DNA of 63,108 nucleotides, filler included, from Reticulomyxa filosa (Eukaryota > Protista > Foraminifera): assembly GCA_000512085.1 (NCBI GenBank). It is 13 parts of 13 records of this genome, joined end to end, with 100 filler letters (N's around TTAATTAATTAA, not from the genome) between each part and the next. Parts side by side here need not be neighbours in the genome. Positions count along the whole stretch, not along the records: positions 1 to 12,990 come from ASPP01007399.1; 12 more parts are not named here. The stretch is one strand, 5' to 3'. The stretch's first letter is position 1, and the number at the start of each line of letters is the position of its first letter. Below are positions 1 through 13,090 of this stretch, piece after piece. The notes under the pieces were generated by a model. The model did not search any database, was not told the DNA's origin, and saw only the letters and a list, made by a program, of their open reading frames with translations. A program made the translations under genes and the position numbers.

Positions 1-476
1 CTAAATGTTGATTTTTCATGGAGAAAATCAATTATCATCATAAGTTTTATGCTTTCAGTTTTCTTTGCAACATACTGTACATAGACTTCAATTAGCTGCA
101 ACAAAAATTTTTATTGATATTTTATAGATAGATAACGTAAATATGTTGAAGAAAGAATTCACATTTTATTAATCTTATTTTTAAGTTTACAAAAAAAGTA
201 TAAATATTATACAAATGATACGAATTACCTCAAAAAACAACATTTTAACTACAATTATAATTATTTATGTATCATTTTGCTATTTTTATCGATTTTTGTT
301 GTATTTACGTGAAGTTTTTTTCTGAGAACTTACTAGTTTGAAGAAAAAAGAAAAGAGCACAAACAAAACAACAAAACAACAACAAAATTCCAACAAAACA
401 ATATTCATTTATTGCCTTGGGTGTGTTAATTTATATAAACAAGATGAACATCAACGCCAACAGCTCGACAAAAAAA

Positions 477-1833
477 TTAAACGAGTCCACCAGGATGAGA
501 TTCGATTGCAGGAAGTGTGACAATCTCAGTCATGGCGAGGGTGTCACCCAGGCTTTTTCTTCGGAGTCTCGATTTGATTCTGCCTTTCACAAATTTGAAG
601 CAACAAGCGTGACAGCCGTGGCAAAGCCGAGAATAAATAGCTTCGCTGAAAGGAAATTGCAAATAAATGCAAACAGAAATAACAACACAACAAAACACGG
701 CAGCGTCCAATATAGTAGGAAGACGTCCAAAAGATATTTGAAAGCGGATTGCAACGATTATGAATACCACGCTAACCATGGCAGATGAGGTAATATTTAA
801 CAAAGAATAATTGGTCATTGTCTTAATAAATCTTTGATGTTCTTTTGTAAGTGTAATTTTTATTTTTTTGTTAGTGTTTGTTCCAGCATTTGGAAGAAAT
901 GGTGAAAATGTCATAATTGACGGTGCTGGACCACTTCGATTGAGTGAATTGGATGGTGTTGACGCCATAACTTGACCCGGCGCTTTTGTGGGAACGTCTG
1001 ATTCCATTTCCACGAGTTGACATAGTTTTCGCACAAACAGCACCAGTAATGTCATCGATAGTACAAACATATACAAGGCAAACACTCCCAACACCGCCAC
1101 CACTCGAGTGTTGGAATGTCGCCCTGGTGATTGTGATGTAGTCGTTGTGGTCTCCGTCGTTATCTGTTTTTGCTTCATAAATTTATATCCGTACAAGAAA
1201 CCCCAAATACACAATGCGATTGTCGACACTCCTTGGATCACTATTCCTATCACAGTTACTCGATAAACATTCCTTGGATAATCAAATATCGTTCCACGAA
1301 ATGATATATATGTCCGAAGTAAAAAGAGTAGGTACCTTTTCAACAACAACAAAAAAACAATATTTACTTCATTATCATGTCAAACATATATCAAATATAT
1401 GTGATGTAGATGCTATTCATACATACATGAAACAAACACCTAAGCCAAATGTAAGTGTCGCACCGACTACTAACACAAGCAAATTTCTGTGATGAAACAG
1501 CGCATAACTCTCGTTCAAATTTGGCTTGTTTTTCAATATCAGTACATTCAGCACGAATACAATCGTCGTATATCCCCAAAAACAAGTCAACGATAGCACT
1601 TTTTAGACCATTCAATACACAACCAGCTTTTTCCTTTCCTACAAACTGTGTGTTGAACCAAAACAGAGCTTCTATTCGGAAACAAAACTTGTCAATAGCT
1701 TCACTCTATGGTCAATATGTCGACAGTCGGTTGTTGGCCGTACGAACAGACGCCACGAAAAATGTAAAAACAGTAGCGTGCTAAACGCAAGAAATATGCC
1801 ACTTGAAACAGTTGGGATGAGATCATTATCCAT
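477..1833 (-). CDS. Seven-transmembrane (GPCR-like) membrane protein, about 3 exons
   Basis: ATG at 1833 (MDNDLIPTVSSGIFLAFSTLLFLHFSW = TM1). The exon at ~1417-1599 gives TM2/TM3. ORF 477-1352 gives TM4-TM7, with a long Ser/Pro-rich loop between TM5 and TM6 and a Cys-rich tail (YSRLCHGCHACC). Confidence 0.65.
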
Positions 1834-2346
1834 TCCAATGATATCCCCAGATCAATTTAGGGGAAAGAAAGCAGAAATCGATTATTATTGAATATTATGG
1901 ATATTTTTATACATAAACTTTTTGACCGTCTTCTTTTTTTTAATTCCAATCAAATTCTGTTGCAGTTTTGTGATTTTGTTAATAGCTCTTAGAGAGTAGA
2001 TTCAAAGTCAGTCTAAACAGTTCTGAATATTATACTTTTAATAACAATTTACATAAATCCTTTTTTAATATCTAATATCATGTTTAAACTTTATTTTTTG
2101 GTTTATTTAGCTGTTTTTGTGATAAATTTTTTAATTTCTTTAGACTATACAATGTCGCATCAACCTATGCTTTAACCGAAACTGAACTTGAACAAGTCTG
2201 ATCCAAATTGAGTGAGGATACGAAAAAACAAAATAAATAATGTGTGGACAGTAAATGAACTGTACATTGTAATGAATGCATCAAACCAAGGCTGTGCAGC
2301 AAAGAAACATAGTAAAGATAATTGAAACTATAAAGAATGACTTTTA

Positions 2347-5062
2347 TTAAATTTTAGATTTTAGCAATTGTTTAGGTATTTTGTTGACGTAATTTTTAAG
2401 CTTTTGTTCAAACCATTGTTCTTGAAACCAATCTTCACGGTTTTGCAAAGACCACACCTTATCGATATTATCATTCGGTTGATCTAGGTTTTTCAAAATT
2501 GGTACTAACATCTCCATGAGTTTGTCTTCATACAATGAAACCGAGGAAGGATTGATAGCCTGATAAAATTGTTGAATCGTTTGAACAAATGGTAAAACAA
2601 CGTTGAAAGGAATAGATTGATTTAAAGTTGGATGAAGCATTCGATCCATTTGTAACCCAGGATCGGATAGCAATTTTTCAATATCTTGTTTTGCAGTTTT
2701 TAAGCGCTTTTCATTTGTTTCTTGGAAGTGGTGTTTGTAATGATGAAAATTGCTTTGAAGTAAGTGTTGTTTTTCCCAAGTGTCATAATAATACAAAGGC
2801 GAAGGATCAAATACGACATTTGAGGTGATGACGCCCAGCCAATTGCCATGTTCGTCACATATCACCCCTCCAGAATGTCCGCTATGAATAGAGCACGATG
2901 TGCGCAAGCATACGCACTCGTTGTTTTCATCGAAGATTGCACGCGAAATAACGCCTGCAAACATAGATAGTAGGTAACATACACACATTGTGTAGTTGTG
3001 AAGAAGGAAGATAGAATGTGTGTGTGGAACATACCACTGGTTAAAATCCTTCGAAGACCCAACTCGGGTGTGAATAGAGGAAAGCCAATCGCAAAGACAT
3101 TGGTGGAAAAATAATTGGAAACAATTTGTTGGAAGTGATGTTTGGATGGCAAAGTGATTCCAAAATGATCATGCCATTCCAAATGCATATCGGGATATCT
3201 TTGATTTTTGCTGGAAATTTGAAGCCATAACAAATCCCATGGACTATTGCCCGCGCTGATGTATTTTATATCAGCATTAAACCAGGTGCGATCATCGACT
3301 TGCCGATTCGACGGAGGATACTTTCTGCTGTGGATGCCCACTTTCACCTTGTATCCATCTTTGAGTCGAATGCGTGTTGCCAAGTCTTGTGCACTTTCAT
3401 TGACCAAGTAGGATCGCACAGTATGAGCATTGGTCAGTATGTGTCCTCCTCTGGCTATTATTATCCCTATTTATATATGTATATGAATATGTGTGTGTTC
3501 AATGTATTTCATGTTGTATCATTTTGCTTCCATTCTATCATATTTGGAAAAGGGAAATAACAAACCAGTTCCCCAATGAGAACCAATTCCAATGGGAACA
3601 ATATATTTGGCCATTTTGTGCTCGATTTCGCTGACGTCTTTGTCTTTTTGCAGATTGGAGAGATCGTGAAGGGAATGGCGAAACAACCCCGTTGGATTGA
3701 ACAGCGACCGCGTCTGCGAGGAAACAGGATCGGTGTTGTTATCAAGAAAAGACGAAGTCGAATGAGGAAATCCCGAGTTTGCAAAGTGTCGTTGTGAATA
3801 CAGATGTGGATGTTGATATTGGTAATGCAACAACGGCCAAATCCAATGTTCAAACATCAATTGCAATGGAAAAATGGTGCACAAGCTCGAAGCATTAACG
3901 ATGTTGAACGTGTCGATATCTTTTTCCTTCACAACAAATGGCCTATCTTCATTGTTATCATGATTTGCACTGCTTGCATGGTTTCTTGTTGTTTTATGTT
4001 TAAATGACAACGGGAGAGACAACAAGCCGATTAATGAATCCATTTTCTTGTCCAATACAATCCCTCCTTCCATGCCTTTTGCCCCACTCATATTTCAAAC
4101 ACACATTCAACGTATGCGTTGCAAATATAACAGATAATGCAATTACACATACCTGCCAAGTACTTCATATCCGACAGATACATTCGTGCATCTTTGTCAA
4201 ATACTTTGCTCGAATTGGACTGGGGCTTATACACATGGACATTCGAAACGACTCCATGACAATACGTGTTGTTGAGCACCTCTGGACACAATGTTCCAAA
4301 CGGGTTACTTATGGAATATATTGTATCTCCTTGCTTTGTTAAGCTGCTGTTCTGATGACTCGGCAAAAACGACGGCAAGGACGGGACGTATCTCATTTTT
4401 TCGCACAGTTGCTCTATGTTAATCACTGAGAACCGACTTTCTCGGATAAGTTGATCTAGATACGAGTGATGCGAGGCATTCACCCGCAAAAGCGCAAATA
4501 ACCCGAGTCTTAGTTGAAATGGCAATTGGTATTCGTTTCTCGTCATATCCAATAGGAACGGCAAGTATCCAATACTTGCAGCATCGCTTTGTTTCTCTGC
4601 ACAATACAAAGATTGTTGCAAAGACTTGAAATGATAGACAGAACACAATTTACAACGGAAATGATTCAAACATAATCCGTCGTATTTCTCACGCTTCGAT
4701 GGGATTTGCATTGTTATCGTATACATAGGATTTGATTCATCATTCCATCCATTTATCCCTTCCAATCCTATCGTGCCCAATCCACAATCATCCTCTTTTG
4801 ATGACGTGTTGCTTGGGCTCTCTTTGCGGGCTGTTAGCACACGATCCCTATCTTCTGCGCGAAGATAAGGAGTAAATATGTTCCCGTCAGTTATTATGTA
4901 ATATTGCTTGTTGTGAACAAACAATAATCCGCTACAACTTGTTGTCGTCCAACCACGCCGACGACGGGTAAATGCATGATTATAATTATATAAGCCCTTT
5001 GGATCGTTTAATGCAAGTACTACTGTCACCACATTACCACAAAGTTTTTCTTGCAACGACAT
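2347..5062 (-). CDS. TYSND1: Peroxisomal leader peptide-processing serine protease (TYSND1/DEG15 family), multi-exon
   Basis: Two trypsin-like domains. Motifs include SNPFGTLCP..NNTYCHGVVSN, YLSDMKYLAG/GMEGG and HWGTG. The catalytic triad is GHILTNAH (~3420-3445), PWDLLWLQ and SGHSGG. The C-terminus ends -SKI (PTS1). Confidence 0.85.
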
Positions 5063-5405
5063 TGTTGAATTTGCAAGCGGTCAAGTTAGCCAAGTGCGGT
5101 CAAGCATTCTCCTTTCCAGGCCCCACAACAAATCCTAAAATAGACACCTGCAGGCGTCTTGAGAAATGAAAATTAATTCAAATTGAATAAATTTGTTACT
5201 TTAACAAAAATATTGAAAAGAAACAATAAGATATTGGATTTTATGTTTTATCCGACTTAAACACATAAAATCGTGAAACGAATTGAATAAAAAAAGGTAC
5301 AAAAAAATTGTTGTCTGGATCCATCCAAAACTGAGATAGTGTGGCAATCACTAAAATTTCAACTCGCAAACAAACGAAAAAAATGTCTCATTAAAATTAG
5401 GATTG

Positions 5406-8400
5406 CTACAACTCTTTTATTTTTAATTCAAACTCTTTCTCTTTGCTTAATTTTTTAATCACAGTATCTTTTGCAAGTCCTGCAGGAGTTAAAAATCCTC
5501 CTCGTCTCTATTCAAGCAAATGTCGCAATGTTTATAAAAAGAAGAGGATATGATTTGGTTTTATTAGTGAATGGAAACATGTGTTAACTGATCTCAATGC
5601 TCCGTGTCGTTGATTAACCATGAATAAGCCATGTTCAACCAAGAACTTGGCAGTATGAAAATATGCGACATCACCAGCAGCAGAAAAACAAACCTCGACA
5701 GTTTTTTTCATATTTTGGGATTTGGCAATTACTCGAAACTCAGATTTGGATTTCAACATATGTTCGAGAGTAGGACCTTGGCCGGGTTTGGCGAACACCG
5801 ACCGTGTCGCGCCGATAAGGGCACGTGTCAAAGAAAACCTTGACAGAGCAGCGATCACGGTAACGAATAAAGTAATAAGCCAAGCAGTAAGCCAAGAGGT
5901 TGTCAGCCACTTTGTTGGATGAATTCGAGCCCTTGTGCCATAGTAATAATCCAGCAAACAATTGGTGTGCAGTAACACCATTCTATCTATCATACTGTAC
6001 AATCCAACATGTCCATAAGCTTGATAATCGGAGAGCCAGATCGGCCAAGAACCCTCTGGTTGTTTTGTATTTGGCTTGGGATCACCTTCTGTCAATAAGA
6101 AATCTGTTGCAGAATTATTGGATTGGCCTGTTGTCTATTCCATCCTGAAATCAAGAAACGAAAAAAAAACGTAACATGAATCGTTTAGGTCAAATTTCGA
6201 GGCTTCTTTGAGCCCAAAGAACCAGCTATCAATAGTCCCTCCGCTGAATTTAACCCCTTCCATTTTCAGGAATGGCTCTATGTCAATGATATCGTTGTCA
6301 GGATTCACGCCGCATTTTTCTCGCAAGTATTGAACGGCGATGTAGGCACATGCATCCAACGGAAATGATACCATTCCACAAAAATGAACAATTCGCGATT
6401 CGGATCGCGACGCGTTCAAATCGTACTGTTGATTCAATCGCTTTGTCCATATGACCTCAGCCGATATATCCGCATAGTCAGTTCCGAGACATGTCGCTTG
6501 ATGGACCAGTTTTTCTCCGTACTTTGCAAATGGTCCGATCGTCGATATTACAACCGCCGCTCGTGGTAAAGTCTTTTCGACGGCACGATGATCCATAACG
6601 TCCAAAACAAACGTCTTCAATCGATGAATGGCCTCTTCATCAATGCCAGACAAGTCTTCTTTCAATTGGTTCAATTTGTCCATTTGACGTGCGGCAATGG
6701 CTGTTCTCGCATATACGTACAAACAACATTTTTTGAAACAAGAGAAAGAGACGCGATATACAATAAACATAACCAAATTTGTAATCACAATGTTTGGCAT
6801 ATTTTTGAACTATATACTCTGTGGCTAATTTTCCAGTAAACCCAGTAGCGCCAATCAACATTAAATCGACTTGTTCTGTGTCAATTTCGGGATGACACAT
6901 ACGAGCGTGGATGTCGTGTTCAAAAATACTCGCGACGAATCCCTGTCGATTGAATACGGGCGAGCGTTTGGAATAGTCGTAATACGTCTGATCGGGCCGA
7001 GTGACATGTCCGCCAAAACTTCGAAATAAAGCTTCGCCGGCGCAGGTTTGATACTTGGTGCTGTGCATAAGCGGAAATACGATGGAAGTGGCTTCGCCTT
7101 CCAACACCAACAGGAATTGACCAGTGATCCCATACGTGCGTAATAGGGTATACCCTTCACCCAATTCGGATTTTTTGATGTATTCCTTCCATAGTTCATT
7201 GACGTCACTTCGTGGGACTGCGATAATTTGGCTCGTTTGACTGCGCGTTTCAAATGGATACGTGGTCTTATCGTATCCAAATACGCCAACGCCGACGATC
7301 CCCCAGGTGATTTGATGGTCCTTGTTCTTCACAAATGGTCGACCCACGATTGCCGCAATTGGCGTGCCCTTGTATGCAATGCCAATGCTTGTCGTCACCA
7401 CTTGTGAATGGCCACTGTGCTGGCAATAAAATTCACGCTCTCCGTCCAGCGGGTCTTCATGTTTGGCCACAAAACAAATCAACAAAAAAAAGCAATGTGA
7501 CGATCCACACAAAGAACTAAAGAACGAAACAATACAACACAGCGTCTATTTGCAAGAGGTTATTGACTTCCCCTAAGTATGGTATGACTTACATTTTCTG
7601 ACATACCAATCCAAATGGTGATATCATAGGAATTCAATGATTTGAGAGTAGTTGGGAATGAAAATGTGTCTTCGATTTTAAACGATTGAACAAAGCTTTG
7701 CTTTCTCGGACTAACAATGTCGTAGGCGGTGTAGTCAATTGCGCCTTCATCGCCGGCGATTGCAATGTGCGGATACAAATTGCGAAGTGAACCGGCCAAC
7801 AGTTTTTGAACCATTTGTCTGGCCAAATCGTCGGGATTTTTACAACATTCAAATTGCTTGGACTTCAATTTGTTTTCATCGCCATAGTCAAATATTTCAT
7901 CCACTTTTGAATAGTCTTTTCGATTAAACACTGTATTTATTATTTCATTCGAACGATGTATCAAGTCATTACAAGCTGTCATCAATGTTTCTAAATCAAA
8001 TGCATCGTATTTCTTCTTTTCATTTATTTCATTTTTATTTACAAAAAAAAATCTTTCGTATTACACTTTCACACATCACAATATTTTTCAACCCAATTTT
8101 TTTTATTGATTGTTTTATGTCATAGAACAAGTGTAAACTGAAACAGTGGAATCATTGGTGCTTGAAGGTGTTTGCACAATGGTATTTGTCTCTAAGCAGT
8201 GACGTAAATGTGTGCAGGTGATGGGTATTTTTTTAGACACAGTCACACATTGACCATTAGATTTCGAATGCCTCCATTCCACTGTGTAATATATCGACTC
8301 TGTTATTGCAATCCCTGAACCTTGCTCCGCTGAATCATTCAATTCTTTGTCCTCTTTGCTCTCTTTTTTATTTACTTCCGTGATTTTTGCTTTCATCCAT

Positions 8401-8802
8401 CGCTTTTTTTTTTTGCTCCATAATTCCACTAATGTATCAACTTCCCAATTGTAACGCGTTCCCTTGTACTATGTATTTGTTTTCGTGAAGCATATACATT
8501 GTGTATCGTTTTTTTGATTACACTGGTTGTTGAGTTTGCTTCACCTTGCGGACAGGCCTAATTTGATCCGAGTTTGGAGGAATTACTTTTGTCAAAAGAT
8601 CGCTGTCACTGAAATAGTGCACTCTCAAGTCATATTTTTCTTCACTTCTTTCATCTTTTGATTTCTCAAATGATGTCACCTCTCCTTGCCGCCATTTCTG
8701 TGAAGAATTTGAAAACACTTCCACGGGTTGGCCGATCTCCCATTCATATTCACTTCCATCTTTGAGTTTGGTTTTCAATCGTTTTATTCCTTGCGTGATC
8801 AT
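5406..8802 (-). CDS. Fusion protein: two Tudor/Agenet-like repeats + BPNT1/inositol-monophosphatase-like domain + saccharopine dehydrogenase-like oxidoreductase (SCCPDH-like)
   Basis: Repeats WEIGQPVEVFS..QKWRQGEV and WEVDTLVELWS..RWMKAKI. IMPase-fold motifs IAGDE, TIWI/DPLDGEREF and KYQTCAGEAL..GGHVT. Rossmann motif DLMLIGATGFTGKL, then VISTIGPFAKYGE, DYADISAE, SGGT, GQGP and a terminal GGFLTPAG exon with stop at 5406. The IMPase-to-Rossmann junction lies inside a single ORF (6640-7512). Confidence 0.75.
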
Positions 8803-10606
8803 AATATTCGTTCTGCTATGTTAAAAAATTAAGCAAAACTCGGCTTAATCCCTGAGAAAAGATTATCGTAAGATTGCCTCTGCACTTTAATTTTCGTTTC
8901 TTTTAAATTATTTTGCATATTTCTCGGATAAAGTTGTAAACTTTATCAAGATTGAATTATATATGACTTTTTCTTAATGTAAGAGTAAAAGCATACAAAT
9001 CAAAATTGCTTTCAGAGCTAGTGCTTTTTTTACAAAGTGTGTAAAGACTTGACTTTAGTAACGTTCCAAAGGGACCTTGAATCCTTTTCCAAACTTCTTC
9101 CTCTCTTTTGCTTTAGTTTTTCGTTTATTTTTTGTTTAAAAGAGTAAAATCTTTTACTTGTTGCATGCTACTATGCGTAATCAAGATTTCATATCTTGTA
9201 ATCTTAAGTCACTCACGTACTTGACTGTGGACGTAACTGTTTGAATAAATGCTCAACAAAAAGTTCATAAAATCGTTATGCAAATTGGTTCAGATTTTGA
9301 TTGTCAAATTAGGACGAATTTATAAAACTATTGGGCATGTTAAGTTTTGTTTATATTGTCGTCAACACGATCAACTGACTAAATATTTTCAATGTTAAAG
9401 ATTTTAAAAGAACACGAAAATCTGATAAGTGTATTGTACGGTATTTTCTTGATGTTAAGTATAGAACAATTTGAATATATGCTAAATATGCAAAAAATTG
9501 TATTAATTGAATATAAAATGAGTTATACATTTTTCATATTATCACACTATTCCAAATGATAGTTGATTTTATTTCATATTCACTAATTTTCAAAAATTAA
9601 TACAAGATTCAAACTTTGAAAAAATTCGAAAGGTTGAATAAAATCAACACAATATTTAAAAATGCGTTATTTGTAGTTTTTAAACTATTATTTCTTCGTT
9701 GATAAAATCAACTATCTCTAAATAATGCAATTTTGTGTCAACTTTTTTTTTATTAAAGTATATTGAAAGAATACTCTATCAGTGGAAGTATAATTGATGT
9801 CATGGGCAAAATAGCTTGGGTCTGTGGATAAAAAAACTTATATGGGTTAATAAAAACTATTCAGGCCATAATAATGGTAAAGCGGCACATTTGGCAAATA
9901 CATTTTATCGAAGCCGCATCTTTAGAACACAAATAAAAAATTCATGTCAATTCTTGATAAAATAAAAGTGCTATACTAATCATTTTTTTTATTTTATTGC
10001 TTATGATAATTTATATGCTTTGTCGTGCACTCTTCATGTATGACAAAACAGTACATTTTCTTGCAAAATTCACAGAAAATCATATGAACAAATGAAACTT
10101 TTGTCAATGTTAAAATCAATTTACACTTAAACGACAATTTTGAATATTTTCAAAAAATTAGGATTTTATGTTTGTTTTTCATGGATATTTTCAGTTTAAG
10201 CGTTTCTAATTTTATTCTTGCTAGATTTTTTGTAACAAATTCTTCTTACATAATTTTTCATTTATGTGCATTTTTTGTGTGGCATTTTCATTTTGGTTTT
10301 CTGTTTTATTTATATTTTAAAACGTTCAAACCAAATGATTTGCACTTTTTTTGCTTCTGAAAAAATCTTCGTTTAGGTAGATAATTGGAGTGAAAACGCA
10401 AGGAATACTCAATAGATAATATATTCACTACTTTAAAGATATTCTCAAAGCAAAGCAAAAAATGGATTAAAAATATTGTTTATTTTGGCATTTGTGTCAA
10501 TCTATTGCAGCAATAGCCAAACAACGGTTGCAAAATAAAAGATTATCTGATGCATGAGGATCAATCTCCCAATTTGTTTTCTTTTGGCCTTAGCACGTCC
10601 CAATTT

Positions 10607-11027
10607 TCACTTATTTTCCTCACTTGCTTGCTGTAAAGGTATACAAACATCAGGATTGGCTTAATTAACATTAACTGAAATTCAAAGAAGCTGTTTTAGT
10701 TGGAGTGTGCACAACAATTGCAGAAAACAAAATAAAACATACTTGGAACATTTCTTGCATTGTTACTAATGGCTCAATTTTTAAATCTATGTCAATTGTT
10801 GAAGGAATAAGTCTAGAAACAAACGCACTCAGACCAAAATGACTTTTACCGTCTACTGTCATAAAGCAAGTTGTTGCACTAGCAGACCATGCGTAGCTTA
10901 ACAAAGTACATTGAAACTGTTTTTCCAATGTTTGTTTTGCTTGTAGTGCCTGAATGCACGCTTGAAATTCTTGCTGTGTCAAGCGATAACCCCCTCGCTT
11001 TGGAGCGATAATTTGATATATTGGCAT
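10607..11027 (-). CDS. Small hypothetical protein (~100 aa), possibly a ferredoxin-like dimeric alpha/beta barrel (DUF3303/GYD-like)
   Basis: ATG at 11027, GT donor after MFQ, short last exon QASEENK*. The alternating beta/alpha pattern ends in IEPLVT. Confidence 0.45.
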
Positions 11028-12249
11028 TTTGTGTGCAAGGGGAAAAAAGGAGGTGAAGGTACTCTAAAAGTTCAGCTTTGCTGAGCAGCGCTAGTACTTT
11101 CTAATAGACTTAAACATCATTCAGGCTTGATGCCTTTCAATATAGTCAAGATATAAATTATAGCTTCTCTAGCTTCAAAACTTTATTTGTTCCAATATTT
11201 GACCGCTTTGTCCAAAGAATTTTGATATGAATACAATTTTCAATATTCTTTTCAATATAAATCTTAATGCTAAGATTCTAAGTTTCAATCTTTTATCGTT
11301 TAATTCGTGATGAAGACAATGTGGTTTTGATTTCGAATGTGATTGGGAGATTCTGATGTATTGCCAATGATACGTCGTAATAAGTAGTTCTCGCAAAATC
11401 CAAGTGAACTTTGGAACTACTTTATTCTAACAACACAATATCCACTTTCACTTATCTTTCATATTTTACTTGGTTGAATCTTATTATTTGTATTTCTTTT
11501 ATTTAATTAATTATTCTTTTGTTTTAAATTTATCAGAAGAGCGAAACATTTCGTATTACATTTTGTGCAAATCTTTCAGCAGTATTTCTGCTTGTAGATT
11601 TATTTCTTCAGGATCCAATTTACTATTTTGTCTTTGGACGTTCTTTTTCCTTTTCACCTTTTTCTTTTGACTAATCCACTTGGGTGTTATTTACGCAATG
11701 ATATTTTTTTGGATTCATGATTGGCCAGACCGCAATATTATAAACTCTGCGTTTCTTTGGACATTCATAATGTATATAATCAATCAAGAAAATGCGATCA
11801 CATTATGAACAAAATAGATCATTGTTATAAAATAAAGGAAAACTCAATAAAGAAAATCAATTGGTAATACGTCCAATAAAGGGTTGATGCACAGACTTCC
11901 GATATGCTCTGTATTTCGTTCAAGAGCGATAGCAAGAAATATACTTTTTTTTTAAAGCTTTTGCACTGGGAGGGCGTGAAGGTGTCAGACTACTCCTTGC
12001 TTCATCCTCCACTCATCACTATTTTTAGCCCTTTCCTTAGCCTCAAAGTGCAAACAAAAGCAAGTTGAAAAATACCTTATCCAAAATAGGACATAGCACT
12101 AAATAATACAAAACGGAAAAAGTACAAATATAAAACAAAACAACCAATTTGGTGTTTTCTGAAAAAGTTTTGAAAGAAAAGAATGCAACAAAATCTTAAA
12201 AATTTTTAGTTGAAAAATTTAATTTAAATAGCCCTTCCAGTTGACACGA

Positions 12250-12700
12250 TGAACTTCACGAGTTCTTGATAACTTTTGTTATTGTTTCAGGTTCCAATGT
12301 CTTGTCTGGTTCGGCGTGTCAATTGAAAATAATGCACCAAAGTCTTGATTGTTGCTCGCCGTGCGTCTGTAAGTCCTTGATAGTGTAGACATTCCATCAG
12401 GAAATGTTCCACAGTTTCTTCTTCATCTCCACACCATTTGCAATTTGATGACTAAGCTTTTTGATCTGGAATAGAAATCCATTTAATCTCACTTACCTGT
12501 AACCACTCTACTGCGCTCGTGCACCTCCAATCGGTGCAAAATAATCTTTTCAAATGACTGTGATTCAATCAGATTGCGTAAATATCGTTTGGGATATTTG
12601 TGTGGTTCCATTTCATTTCCTTCGTTTGTCCAATGCCATTCTTCAGTGAAGAATGGATTTAATCCATGGAAATTAAAAAAAAATCATTTAAACATCATTC
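12250..12700 (-). mobile_element. Decayed non-LTR retrotransposon (LINE) ORF2 C-terminal fragment
   Basis: The minus strand reads R-V-V-T-G-K/RLNGFLFQIKK/SSNCKWCGDEEETVEHFLMEC with frameshifts. This matches the RLxTGH..LN motif and the C-x2-C..ETxEH..xC zinc knuckle found downstream of RT in LINEs. Confidence 0.7.
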
Positions 12701-12990
12701 ATCATCGATATAAACTTTTTTTAAAAATTGTATTTTGAAGGAAAGCAAGCACAGAACAACTAGATACTGTAACATCTAGCAGTATCTGAAAGAAATTCGA
12801 AGTTAATCCTCGATTATTAACAACGATTTTCGTCTTCAACAAGATTGATGCGACAAAGACACAAAGAAAATAAACTTTTCAAACAATAAAGAAATTTTTT
12901 TTTTCAACTAGTAAAATTTTTTTATCGTATATAAAAAAAATGTTTATACAGTAGATTGCAAAAAAAATTGCCATACCTAAATGGTACTAT

Positions 12991-13090
12991 NNNNNNNNNN
13001 NNNNNNNNNNNNNNNNNNNNNNNNNNNNNNNNNNTTAATTAATTAANNNNNNNNNNNNNNNNNNNNNNNNNNNNNNNNNNNNNNNNNNNN
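12991..13090. other. Artificial contig linker (N44-TTAATTAATTAA-N44). Identical linkers at 16502, 17780, 19867, 23937, 30710, 35549, 37658, 53626, 54751, 55851 and 61412 (each 100 nt)
   Basis: The same 100-nt spacer, with stops in all six frames, occurs 12 times. Confidence 0.99.
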
